Virus record (IMG/VR): IMGVR_UViG_3300033158_000302
Length of the DNA stretch: 64,000 bases
From: an uncultured virus (IMG/VR IMGVR_UViG_3300033158_000302)
Taxonomy: Duplodnaviria; Heunggongvirae; Uroviricota; Caudoviricetes
Reading direction: 5' to 3' (one strand)
The position numbers and the translations under genes were made by a program. This document shows positions 43,282 to 52,627 of the stretch, piece by piece (position 1 is the first letter of the stretch; the number at the start of each line of letters is the position of its first letter). The notes beneath the pieces were generated by a model, which was not told the DNA's origin, did no database searches, and saw nothing but the letters and a program-made list of their open reading frames with translations.

Positions 43282-44138
43282 ACATGTCCCCGCCGCCGGT
43301 CACCGACGAGGACGGCGGCATGCCCGGCGTGCCCGGGAACCGGCTGCGTGAACTCACCACCGGCCTGGCCGCCGCCCGGGAACACGCACAAGGCGCCACC
43401 GCCCTCTACCTGGACCTGCTGACCCGGGTGCTGTGCGGCACCATCTACGAAGACCCGCCGATCCCGGTGCCGTGGCTGCCGCACACCGGCTACCGGTCAG
43501 CCACCCGCAACGCCGGCGTCGACTGGCCCAGCCAGGCACACACCATGATCGGCCCGATCCGGCTCGGCAACGTCCGCGGCTGCACCGAGCAAGTCATCGC
43601 CGACGGCATCCCCGGTGACCTGATGGAAGCCGGCATCTGGCGCGGCGGCACGGTCATCATGATGCGGGCCGTGCTGAAAGCGCACGGCATCACCAGCCGG
43701 GACGTGTGGGCCGCCGACTCCTTCGCCGGGCTGCCACCCGCCAGCACCTGGGACCCCGCCGACGGGCCACCCTGGGACCAGGCCGACGCGCTCGCCGTCA
43801 CCCAGACCGAAGTCAAACGGAACTTCGCCGCCTACGGGCTGCTCGACGAGCACGTGCGGTTCCTGCCCGGCTGGTTCGCCGACACCCTGCCCACCGCACC
43901 GGTCGGCGCGCTGGCGGTGCTGCGGATGGACGCCGACCTCAAAACCTCCACCGAAACCATCCTGCGGGAAATGGAACCGAAAGTGTCCCCCGGCGGATAC
44001 GTCATCGTCGATGACTACCAGCTCCCCGGCTGCCGCGAAGCTGTCGACGACTACCGCGCCGCCCACCGCATCATCGCACCCATCCAGCAGGTCCTCGGCC
44101 AGACAAGTTACACCGTGTTCTGGCGCAAGCAGGAGTAA
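43278..44138 (+). CDS. TylF/MycF/NovP-family sugar O-methyltransferase
   Basis: WPSQAHTMIG..RL, PGD.MEAGIWRGG, ADSF.GLP, GWF.DTLP, LRMD.D, GG.VIVDDY. Confidence 0.92.
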   Translation: MNMSPPPVTDEDGGMPGVPGNRLRELTTGLAAAREHAQGATALYLDLLTRVLCGTIYEDPPIPVPWLPHTGYRSATRNAGVDWPSQAHTMIGPIRLGNVRGCTEQVIADGIPGDLMEAGIWRGGTVIMMRAVLKAHGITSRDVWAADSFAGLPPASTWDPADGPPWDQADALAVTQTEVKRNFAAYGLLDEHVRFLPGWFADTLPTAPVGALAVLRMDADLKTSTETILREMEPKVSPGGYVIVDDYQLPGCREAVDDYRAAHRIIAPIQQVLGQTSYTVFWRKQE

Positions 44139-44140
44139 CC

Positions 44141-44458
44141 ATGGCCGTTTCAGTCGCTGATCAGTGCATCGCCAAATACGGATGCACCGTATCCACCGGC
44201 GGTTCCTCCGCCAGTTACGCCTACGGCGACGTGCTGCCTGCTGCTACCGCAGACGCTGATCTGGCCGTCCGGGCAACCCTCCGGCAGTGCGGGATGCTGC
44301 GTGCCGTCACCGCCTGCACCACCGCCGGTGATTTCAACACCGCCATGCTGGCCGCTGCTACCTGCGATGCCCTGCTCGAATCCGGGTCCACTTCCACAGC
44401 GCTGGCTAAACCGGTCGCGCCGGTCAGCGGATCCCTGCCTGTCGTCGCCAACTACTAG
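44141..44458 (+). CDS. Hypothetical protein
   Basis: AGGAG RBS. Confidence 0.6.
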   Translation: MAVSVADQCIAKYGCTVSTGGSSASYAYGDVLPAATADADLAVRATLRQCGMLRAVTACTTAGDFNTAMLAAATCDALLESGSTSTALAKPVAPVSGSLPVVANY

Positions 44459-45051
44459 GGCGGCCCGCATTGCCCGGCGGCGGCACCGAAATAGTCGGTA
44501 CCCGGCCGGGACGGCCCCGGCCCCGGCGGGTCACCAGGCTGAACCAGATGCTTACGGCACTGAATGAACGCCCGCGACACGGTCACCCACACCCAGCGGG
44601 CCGCCCGCCGCGCCGGCGGCGCATCCGGCGGGTCAGCCAGGTCCGGGTGCAGGCACACGGCCTGAGCAGGGGTTAGCAGCATGCCGCCGCCGTTGATGTG
44701 CAGCCCGATCACCTCGGCCCGGTCAATGATCAGCAAGCCAAGCTGATGGTGCTCAGCCAGGTTCGCGAGCGAATCCATCACCCCATTCCCCGGGTAATCA
44801 GGCCAGGCCAGCAGTTTCGGCCCCAGCACCTGCAAAAACCCGGCCGGGCCACGGCGGATCGCGCAATGCAATTCGCCGGCCCCGTTCGCGGTCGCCAGCG
44901 TAAACTCGGTCGCCGCGGCGGTGAACGCCTGCATCTGGCCGTTCAGGTGATCGAGCTTCTGGCTATCAGTGAACGCCGCCGCCTTGCTGGTGGTGCCGCA
45001 GGCTTCCTGCAGCCGGGCCTGGGCTGACGACGGCTCACTCGCGAGCACCAT
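44455..45051 (-). CDS. Hypothetical reverse-strand protein
   Basis: GGAG upstream of ATG at 45051; fills the gap within the glycosylation cassette. Confidence 0.5.
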   Translation of the reverse strand: MVLASEPSSAQARLQEACGTTSKAAAFTDSQKLDHLNGQMQAFTAAATEFTLATANGAGELHCAIRRGPAGFLQVLGPKLLAWPDYPGNGVMDSLANLAEHHQLGLLIIDRAEVIGLHINGGGMLLTPAQAVCLHPDLADPPDAPPARRAARWVWVTVSRAFIQCRKHLVQPGDPPGPGPSRPGTDYFGAAAGQCGPP

Positions 45052-45126
45052 ACCGGGTCTCCCTGTGGGCGCGGACACGGGAAACCCTGACCGTAACATG
45101 ACCGGCCAGCCCGGCAAAGGAGCCCC

Positions 45127-45804
45127 ATGCGACGGGACGTGCTGATCATCACCCCCACCCGGGAGCGCAGGGCCAACGCGGAACGGCTCGCGGAAACCAC
45201 CGCCGCCACCATCGGTGGCCGCACTGACCTGCTGCTGTGCATCGACGACGACGACCACAGCTACGACGGCGCCCAGCTCGGCAACGCCATAATCGTCCGC
45301 GGCCCCCGGCGGACCTGCATCGAATGGACCAACCGGATCGCCGCCGATTGCGCCAGCCAGTACCGGGCGGTCGCCTCCTTCGGTGACGATCACGAACCCG
45401 AAACCCCCGACTGGGACACGCGGTTCCTGGCCGCCCTGGACCGGCTCCCCGGACCCGGGATCGCCTACGGCGACGACACGGCGCAAGGAGCCCGGCTACC
45501 CACCGCCCCCGTCATCTCCGCCGAAATCCCGGTCACGCTCGGCTGGCTCATGTACCCCCGGCTGATCCACTACCGCGCTGATGACGTGTGGAAAGCACTC
45601 GGCCAGCCGAACCGGCTCAGCTACCAGCCCGGCGTCATCATCCGGCACCACCATTACGCCTTCGGCACCGCCGAAAAAGACGCCACCTACACCGCAGCGG
45701 AACCGGCCTGGGACCCCGACCTGGCCACCTACCGGCGATACGTCGCCGACCCTGGCGGCCTCGCCGCCGACCGGAAAAAAATCAGGGAGACCCGATGGCA
45801 CTAA
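45127..45804 (+). CDS. Glycosyltransferase family 2-like
   Basis: IITPTR.R, IDDDD, FGDDH, YGDD, HY..D, I.H.H; AAAGGAG RBS. Confidence 0.8.
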   Translation: MRRDVLIITPTRERRANAERLAETTAATIGGRTDLLLCIDDDDHSYDGAQLGNAIIVRGPRRTCIEWTNRIAADCASQYRAVASFGDDHEPETPDWDTRFLAALDRLPGPGIAYGDDTAQGARLPTAPVISAEIPVTLGWLMYPRLIHYRADDVWKALGQPNRLSYQPGVIIRHHHYAFGTAEKDATYTAAEPAWDPDLATYRRYVADPGGLAADRKKIRETRWH

Positions 45805-46133
45805 CCCAAGGCTGGCAGGTCGCCTGGGAAACCGTCACCATCACCACCAACGGCAGCCCGGTCACCCACTACCGCGACGAGATCCTGCCCGCCACCACCG
45901 ACGCCGGCGAACTCGCCCAGCGGGCCGCGCTGGTGACTGGCGGCGCGCTCCGCCTCGTCCAGGTCGCCACCACCCCTACCGACACCGAAGCCGCCGTCTA
46001 CGCGGACGCGACCGCCGCCGAAGCCGCGGAAACCAGCGAACTGGCCGCCGAAACCGGCACACCGGTCACCGGATCCCCGGTCCCCTCCATCGACACCCCC
46101 GGCGGCATCATCGCCGACACCGCCAGCGGCTAA
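45795..46133 (+). CDS. Head-associated protein, paralog of 39637-40083
   Basis: GGALRLVQV motif; GGGAG RBS. Confidence 0.65.
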   Translation: MALTQGWQVAWETVTITTNGSPVTHYRDEILPATTDAGELAQRAALVTGGALRLVQVATTPTDTEAAVYADATAAEAAETSELAAETGTPVTGSPVPSIDTPGGIIADTASG

Positions 46134-46147
46134 GGGGGGTACCTGCG

Positions 46148-46645
46148 ATGGCTGAAGCATGGGCGCCGACCCTCGACGACGTCGCCAGGCACATACCCAC
46201 CCGCACCCGTGACACCAAAACCCCCGGGTCCGCGGCCCTGCTCGGCACCTTCACCGCAAGCACCACCCCCACCGCCGACCAGGCCCAGGCACACATCGAC
46301 GCCGCAGTGCTCGGCATCTTGTCCCAAACCGGCACCCTCGACATCACCGACGCCGGGCTGCTCGCCCAGGCCCGCGTCGCCGCCGAATGGAGAAGCGCCG
46401 CAGACATCGAAATCGCCTACCCCAACCGGGACGCCGACGTCGCCGTCTACAGCCAGCTCGACGCCCGCGCCAAATACGAGCTGGCGATGCTGCTGCGCCG
46501 CCTGCAAGCCCAAGGCGAAGGGGAACCCGCCTCCGTCCCCTACTGGTCGGCACCTGACCCGCCGCCCTATGCCGACATGGACCCCGGCGACTACACCCTG
46601 CCGCTGGCCGTCTACTACGGCGGCATCGACCGGGGACCGCTCTAA
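46148..46645 (+). CDS. Head-to-tail adaptor
   Basis: W.PT.DDVA..I..RT, GTF...T.PT..QA...I pattern; position. Confidence 0.7.
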   Translation: MAEAWAPTLDDVARHIPTRTRDTKTPGSAALLGTFTASTTPTADQAQAHIDAAVLGILSQTGTLDITDAGLLAQARVAAEWRSAADIEIAYPNRDADVAVYSQLDARAKYELAMLLRRLQAQGEGEPASVPYWSAPDPPPYADMDPGDYTLPLAVYYGGIDRGPL

Positions 46646-46658
46646 AGGAGCACCTGCC

Positions 46659-47105
46659 ATGGACATCGAACCTGAACGGTTCTTCACCCAGGTCGCCCCC
46701 TACCCGCATGCGCTCGCCGGGCTGGTCGAAGACCTGCATTACCGGCCCGGCTGGCGGTTCGCCCTCACCGAGACCGACCGCGGCCAGGGCAGCGAAGGGC
46801 TCACCCTGGACATCATCACCAGCGGATACGACGCCTACCATCCCGGCCGCGGCGACGGCTACCGGGTGCGGCACTCCATGCCGGTGCCGCCCGCCGCCTA
46901 CGACACCCGGTCCTGGCGACGCTGGCTGCTCGAACAATGCCTGCTGGTCGAACGGCACGAAGCCTGCGAATTCTTCGCGATCGGCGGCCAGCGTCCTTTC
47001 GCGCCCAGCCATGGACCTGGAAATGATCCTTATCTGATCCGGGAACCGGACGGCACCGACCTGGACCGGCGCACCGCCTGGACCGGCGACGTCCATGACC
47101 ACTGA
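46659..47105 (+). CDS. Hypothetical protein, paralog of 10958-11416
   Basis: HEACEFF motif; AAGGAG RBS. Confidence 0.75.
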   Translation: MDIEPERFFTQVAPYPHALAGLVEDLHYRPGWRFALTETDRGQGSEGLTLDIITSGYDAYHPGRGDGYRVRHSMPVPPAAYDTRSWRRWLLEQCLLVERHEACEFFAIGGQRPFAPSHGPGNDPYLIREPDGTDLDRRTAWTGDVHDH

Positions 47106-47424
47106 GACCCTCGACCTCGGCCACGGGCACACACTGCGCTGGGCGACCGCCCCCGACGCCTACGCGGACCTGCCCGGCGCCGCACACTGCTCCGCGGTCA
47201 TCCGGCACCCGCTGCGCCCCACCGATGAGCTGTGCGCGGGCAAAGGCTACTGCGAAGGCGGCATCAACATCGACAACCCCGCCGGGCGCGCGGTCGCCGT
47301 CGGCGGCCACCACGTGTGGCAGCTCGTCAGCGACGACCCGCTCACCCTGGCCCCGTCGCTGCTCTGCCATGAAGGCTGCCGTGATCACGGCCACATCACC
47401 GGCGGCCGGTGGATACCGGCCTGA
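47095..47424 (+). CDS. Small Cys/His protein (DUF6527-like)
   Basis: W......LTL.PSLLC...C..HG.I..G.W. Confidence 0.6.
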   Translation: MTTETLDLGHGHTLRWATAPDAYADLPGAAHCSAVIRHPLRPTDELCAGKGYCEGGINIDNPAGRAVAVGGHHVWQLVSDDPLTLAPSLLCHEGCRDHGHITGGRWIPA

Positions 47425-47466
47425 ACAGCCACCCACCACCACCCGCACCACTACCCGGAGGACACG

Positions 47467-49212
47467 ATGGACACGAACATGACCCGCCGGAACCTGCTAC
47501 GGCTCGGCCTCGGCGCCGGCGGCGCGGTCATGCTGCTGCCGCACGGCGGCCGGGCGATAGCGGGTGAGGCAGCACGAGCCGCCGGTGCCACCCCCGGCCC
47601 GGTCCCCGGGCAGGGCGGCAAACTCGCCATGTTCGGGCGCATGTTCCCGGGCCTCCAGCCTTTCCGCCCGGACACCGACCCGAACGTGTCGATCGCGAAC
47701 CTGGCCGCCCTATCTGATGCGATGCTGCAGCCCGGTGGCGTCTTTGATTCGACGCACGGCGCTGCGTACACGTATTTTGGTCAATTCATTGACCATGACG
47801 TCACCCTCGATCTTCAGCCGCAGCCGGACGCCGATTTCAGTTTCGGCGGGAAATCTGGTGCCCGCGCGCCACTGCTTGACCCGGACGGCAATATCGTCTA
47901 CGACTTCGAATCGAAAAAGCTGGACCTGTCGCAGATTTACGGCGGCGGCCCGTCCGTCTCCCCGCAGCTCTACGCCAGCGACGGCCTGCATTTCCTCATC
48001 CCCAGAAATTCAAACGGCGTGGTGGACCTGCCCCGCAACCCGGACGGGACCGCCATTCTGGTCGAGCACAGGAACGACGAAAACCAGATTTTGTCCCAAC
48101 TGCATGTGGCATTCCTGTCGTTCCACAACAATGTGGTCGACGCGCTCGGCATCAAGCATTTCCCCAAAGCGATGCGGACCGTCATCCACTACTATCAGTG
48201 GGCGGTCCTGCATGATTTCATGCCGCTGTTCTTCGGGCAATCCACGATTGATGACATGCTGGCCGGCCGGCACCGCGTCTACGACCCCGGCGCCGACGTC
48301 GCAAAGCCCATCATGCCGATCGAATTCGCGGTCGCCGCCTACCGGTTCGGGCATTCCGTCGTGAGGAACGCTTATGCACCGAACCCGGTGATCAGCCCTA
48401 ACTCCAACTCCCGCAACAACCTGTTCGCCGGGACCGGCGGGGCGCTCGGCGGGCAGGGCGGCGCCGGGGTCCCCGGCAAATCCGCCGGTGACCTGCACGG
48501 CGGCTACCCCCTGACATTGGATCACCAAATCGACTGGCGGCAATGGCATGAGGACCTGTTCGACCCGGCCGTGCCCGGCCTGTCCCTGCAAGTGCTCAAG
48601 CAGCCCGGAGCCGACGGCCTCCACATGATCGGCCAGTCCCTGTTCGGGGTCGTGCCCGGCGCCCCGCTGGCCGGCAACGGCGCCGGGCTGCCGATCGGGA
48701 ACCAGCCAGGCGACGCGCAGCCGTCCGGGTCCACCAGCCTGCAATACCGCGATTTCGTGCGCGCGTTCCGTTACCAGATGCCGTCCGGGCAGGACGTCGC
48801 GAAAGCATACGGGCTGACCCCCCTCGACCCCGCCACCGTCATCGACCCGAACGTCGTCCCGGGCTTCACGTCCGGCACCCCGCTGTTCTTCTACGTCCTG
48901 TACGAGGCGGCTCAGAACAACAAGAACAGCCCCACCGTCAACGACTTCGACAACACCCTCACGAACAACAACTTTACTCAGGTGCAGCTCGGCCCGGTCG
49001 GGGCACGGATCTGCACCGACGTGCTGCTGCGGCTCATCATGCTGGACCCGCACGGCATCCTCGCGCCCGGCTCCGCGTTCTCCCCCGCCGCGCCGGTCGC
49101 CTCCACGCCCGGCAAATTCGGGATCGCCGACCTGCTCAGATTCGCCGGTGTCGTACCATCCGGCACCAGCCCGGCCCCGGCCCTCGGGCAGAACGCCGGC
49201 CCGCAGCCATAA
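47467..49212 (+). CDS. Tat-exported heme peroxidase (peroxidase-cyclooxygenase superfamily)
   Basis: TRRNLL signal; YTYFGQFIDHDVT, RNDEN..LSQLH, EFAVAAYRFGHS, PSGQDVA, TPL.FYVL.EA, LGPVG.RI. Confidence 0.9.
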   Translation: MDTNMTRRNLLRLGLGAGGAVMLLPHGGRAIAGEAARAAGATPGPVPGQGGKLAMFGRMFPGLQPFRPDTDPNVSIANLAALSDAMLQPGGVFDSTHGAAYTYFGQFIDHDVTLDLQPQPDADFSFGGKSGARAPLLDPDGNIVYDFESKKLDLSQIYGGGPSVSPQLYASDGLHFLIPRNSNGVVDLPRNPDGTAILVEHRNDENQILSQLHVAFLSFHNNVVDALGIKHFPKAMRTVIHYYQWAVLHDFMPLFFGQSTIDDMLAGRHRVYDPGADVAKPIMPIEFAVAAYRFGHSVVRNAYAPNPVISPNSNSRNNLFAGTGGALGGQGGAGVPGKSAGDLHGGYPLTLDHQIDWRQWHEDLFDPAVPGLSLQVLKQPGADGLHMIGQSLFGVVPGAPLAGNGAGLPIGNQPGDAQPSGSTSLQYRDFVRAFRYQMPSGQDVAKAYGLTPLDPATVIDPNVVPGFTSGTPLFFYVLYEAAQNNKNSPTVNDFDNTLTNNNFTQVQLGPVGARICTDVLLRLIMLDPHGILAPGSAFSPAAPVASTPGKFGIADLLRFAGVVPSGTSPAPALGQNAGPQP

Positions 49213-49217
49213 CCGCC

Positions 49218-49724
49218 TCACCGGCCGGCCGGCACCGGTTCCCGGCTGAGCGGCCACAGGAACCGCTGATCCACCCGCAGCCACGACTCCGCCCCGCCGG
49301 TACGCCGCCACTGCCCCACCTGCCTGGCCCGTTCCCCGTCAATCCACCCGGACAGCAGCACCACCCCCGCCGTCTTGGTGTCCGCGGTGATCGCCAGCAG
49401 GAACCGGCCATGCTGCTCGCCCTCGTTCAGCCGCAGCCCGCCACCCCGCCAGGAGGTGGCCCGGACCTGAAACCCGGCCACGTCATACCCGCGGCGCCGT
49501 TCGGCCGCCATCGGCACATCAGCCAGGGCATGACCGAACCAGCAGCACACCGCGGCCTCGGCTGCCATCCCGCAAATGTCGTCGTCTTCGCTGCGGGGCC
49601 GGCCCCGGATCACCCGCCGCGCCTGCTGGCCGCGGGCATACCGGGCACGGCCCACCCGCACCGCCCACCCCAGCGCGTCACCAGCGTCAGGTGCCGGGAA
49701 CTCCCGCAACCGGACAACGATCAT
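49218..49724 (-). CDS. Hypothetical protein, possibly PD-(D/E)xK-like
   Basis: G..AE.AV, YDV.GFQVR.T, L.GW motifs. Confidence 0.55.
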   Translation of the reverse strand: MIVVRLREFPAPDAGDALGWAVRVGRARYARGQQARRVIRGRPRSEDDDICGMAAEAAVCCWFGHALADVPMAAERRRGYDVAGFQVRATSWRGGGLRLNEGEQHGRFLLAITADTKTAGVVLLSGWIDGERARQVGQWRRTGGAESWLRVDQRFLWPLSREPVPAGR

Positions 49725-49734
49725 GGCAGGTAAT

Positions 49735-49977
49735 TTACCGGCCTGGCCAGGCCAGCCCGAGCGTAAACCCCGCAACCAGCGTCAGCGCCAGGCCCGCCGT
49801 CACCGGCCACGGAACCCCCCGCAACGGCCCCAGCACAATCCCGTTGACCACCGCCAGCGCCCACACCAGCCAGACCGCCCAGCGGGCCAGCAGCCGCCGC
49901 GGCAACGGCCGCGCCCGCGCGTCCCGCCACGCCGCCGCCCACGAACCGCCCGCGGACCGCGCATGCCGGCTGCTCAC
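49735..49977 (-). CDS. Small membrane protein
   Basis: Two hydrophobic helices; start uncertain. Confidence 0.4.
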   Translation of the reverse strand: MSSRHARSAGGSWAAAWRDARARPLPRRLLARWAVWLVWALAVVNGIVLGPLRGVPWPVTAGLALTLVAGFTLGLAWPGR

Positions 49978-50379
49978 CCGCGCAGCCCCCGCGACAAATA
50001 CCACAGCACGGCCACGTACACGATCGCGCCGCCCGCCAGCAGCGCGGCCACCGCGATCAGCGTGACAGCCCACCACGGCATCCGGCCTCTCCTCCTGCGA
50101 TGGCGGAGACCGCCGGCGTTACCGGCGCTCCGCTGCATTCCGCCCGTCACCCTTCCTCCGCGCATAGTGGCGAACCCCAGGCTAGACGCCGCCCAGGTGG
50201 CCACCTGATGCGGCGCCGGATGGAACCAGCGCACCACCGTCACGTTCCCTGCGCGCACGATGCGTGCCAGCCGGCGCGGCCCGCCGCAGACAGGTCCCTG
50301 CACTGACGGGTCCACCCACCCAGCCGGGCAGGCGGCCGGCGGCCTCCACCGCGACACCCTACACCTCCGGAGATCCGCC

Positions 50380-50814
50380 ATGGCCGAAATCATCATCAAC
50401 TGGGATCACACCGCCATCCGCGCCGCCATGACCTCTCCCGCCGGCCCGTTCGCCGCCGTCATGGCACGCATCGCCGAAGACGCCGTGCAGGAAATGAAAC
50501 GCCGCTGCCCCGTCTCCCCCGTCGGCCCCTACCACATCTCCGGCGAGCTGCGGGCCTCCATCACCGCGTTCCGCGAACCCGACGGGTCCTATCTGATCGG
50601 CCCCACCAAAACGGTCGAGGACGGGCACCTGCTCGGCGGCTACATCGAACTGGGCACCCGGCCGCACATCATCACCTCGCACGGGCCGTGGCCGCTGCGG
50701 AACCGGGAAACCGGCCAGGTGTTCGGCCGCGTCGTCCACCACCCCGGCACCAGCCCGCAGCCGTTCATCGAACCGACCGCCCGGGAAATCGGCCGCCGCA
50801 CCTACCACGGCTAA
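50380..50814 (+). CDS. HK97 gp10-like neck protein
   Basis: CPV...SG.LR.SI, YIELGTRPH.I, V.HPGT..QPF. Confidence 0.8.
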   Translation: MAEIIINWDHTAIRAAMTSPAGPFAAVMARIAEDAVQEMKRRCPVSPVGPYHISGELRASITAFREPDGSYLIGPTKTVEDGHLLGGYIELGTRPHIITSHGPWPLRNRETGQVFGRVVHHPGTSPQPFIEPTAREIGRRTYHG

Positions 50815-50827
50815 AGGAGACCCGCCC

Positions 50828-51490
50828 GTGCATGACCCGCTGGTGGTGGCGTTCGAAATCAGGCGGCCCTGGCCCACCCGCCGTGACTCCCGCGGCTGGC
50901 GGTACTGGCCGCCGCTGGTCACCGTCTGGCATCGCGAACCCGGCGGCGCCGACGCCCTGACCATCTGCCGGCATGACAGCCACTGGCGCTGGCATGCCGT
51001 CCACATCCGGTGGCAGGCACTGGACGTCGCCACCCACGACGTCGGCGGGACCGTCCATCACCGGATCCGGTATCCGGTCCTGGACGGCGGCTGGCGAATC
51101 CAGGTGCCGCCGCTGCAAGCCCTCCGGCGGAGGCTGCTGACCCGGTGCGCCTGGTGCGGCGGCCCGACCCGCAAAGGGGACCCGGTCAACGTCGCCCATT
51201 CCTGGGACGGGCCACGCGGCCACTGGTGGGCCGGGGAACCGGGCCTGCACCACCGCGACTGCTCATCGGTGGCCCGCGCCCATTCGCTGTGCCTGTGCAC
51301 TGACCCGCTGCTGCCCCCCGGCGGATACGGCACCTGCGCGCTGTGCGGCCGGTCCCGGGCCTGGCGGCAGCAACCCGACGACGCGGACCGGCTGCTCGCC
51401 GCGCTGCCCGCCGGGTCACGGATCAGCAGCGAACTGCGCCCCCAGATCGAAGCCGCCTGGGCCGCGCGGCGCCCGCGCGCCACCACCTGA
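50828..51490 (+). CDS. Hypothetical Cys/Trp-rich protein
   Basis: AAGGAG RBS; MHDP..VAF.I, TVWH.EP.G.D. Confidence 0.65.
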   Translation: MHDPLVVAFEIRRPWPTRRDSRGWRYWPPLVTVWHREPGGADALTICRHDSHWRWHAVHIRWQALDVATHDVGGTVHHRIRYPVLDGGWRIQVPPLQALRRRLLTRCAWCGGPTRKGDPVNVAHSWDGPRGHWWAGEPGLHHRDCSSVARAHSLCLCTDPLLPPGGYGTCALCGRSRAWRQQPDDADRLLAALPAGSRISSELRPQIEAAWAARRPRATT

Positions 51491-51505
51491 CCCCGGGAGG
51501 CTCGT

Positions 51506-51937
51506 GTGGCGATCCCCGCGGAAACCCCCATCTGCGCCTGGACCAACAGCCAGCCTGACCTGGCCGGCCCCGGCCAGCCACTCGAACTCGGCGCCTACAC
51601 CAAACTGCAGCGGTCCCCCGACATCGGCTGTTACGCGGTCATCGCCCGCACCCCCGGCGGCGGCGGCAGCCGCGACGTGGTCGCCGAGCAAGACGCCAAC
51701 ATCGACGTCGCCACCATCACCGCCACCATATTCGGCCCCACCCTGGACGCCGCCGAAAACGCCGCCGCCGCCTGGGCCACCGCCGCGCAGAACCTCACCG
51801 GCGACCCGGCCGCCTGCGGCGACACCGGCGTCACCATCCTCGCCGCCTACAACGTCATCGGCCCCTCGGCGCTGCCCGGCACCGGCGAAATCTACGCCTT
51901 CCTCGTCGTCGCCAACTTCATCCTCGCCACCCTCTAA
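51506..51937 (+). CDS. Putative tail terminator
   Basis: GGAGG RBS; position, size and R.PGGG motif. Confidence 0.55.
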   Translation: MAIPAETPICAWTNSQPDLAGPGQPLELGAYTKLQRSPDIGCYAVIARTPGGGGSRDVVAEQDANIDVATITATIFGPTLDAAENAAAAWATAAQNLTGDPAACGDTGVTILAAYNVIGPSALPGTGEIYAFLVVANFILATL

Positions 51938-51962
51938 CCCCCAACCAGAGGAGTCCCACGCA

Positions 51963-52322
51963 ATGGCAGCAATCGTCCCCGTGGTCGCCAGCCGCGCCGC
52001 CGGCGCCAACAACGCCACCGCTATGGCCGCCGCCAGCTCCGGCGGCGACACCTTCCCGGCCGGCAGCAACACCTACCTGCGGGTCAAAAACACCAACGCC
52101 TCCACCATCACCGTCACCGTGTCCCCGCCGACCGGCGGCGGCCCGCTCGGCACCACCGTGTCCCCCTACGTGCTGTCCCCCGTCGTCGAAGCCACCACCG
52201 GGGACCGCACCTACGGGCCGTTCCCCGCCAACCCGTTCGCCGACTCCAACGGCAACGTCAACTTCGTCTGCTCCCCGTACGCGAACGTCACCGTCGGCGC
52301 GTTCGTCTACCCGGCCGGCTGA
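51963..52322 (+). CDS. Putative structural protein
   Basis: GAGGAG RBS; GDTF, L.VKN, YGPFP motifs. Confidence 0.65.
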   Translation: MAAIVPVVASRAAGANNATAMAAASSGGDTFPAGSNTYLRVKNTNASTITVTVSPPTGGGPLGTTVSPYVLSPVVEATTGDRTYGPFPANPFADSNGNVNFVCSPYANVTVGAFVYPAG

Positions 52323-52330
52323 GCCCGGCC

Positions 52331-52621
52331 ATGCCCGACGACACCACACCCGAGCCGCCCGCCGCTGAGCCCGCCCGGCCCCGCCGTCCCCTCCGCGACG
52401 GCCCGGCACCGGCGCCGCCGGAAGACCCCGGGCCGCCACCGTTTTTCATCGCCGACCACCCGCTGATGGTTGGCGGCGCCGAAACCATGCCGGTCCGTGC
52501 GTTCAGCCCCGGCGACCACGTACCGCCCGAGCACGTCGAAACCCACCACTGGCAGCACCTCGTGCACGCCCCCGACCAATGGGCATCCGCGCCGCCCGCC
52601 ACCCCCACCCCGGAGGAGTAA
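52331..52621 (+). CDS. Hypothetical protein
   Basis: ORF between neck and tube genes. Confidence 0.55.
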   Translation: MPDDTTPEPPAAEPARPRRPLRDGPAPAPPEDPGPPPFFIADHPLMVGGAETMPVRAFSPGDHVPPEHVETHHWQHLVHAPDQWASAPPATPTPEE

Positions 52622-52627
52622 GCACCC

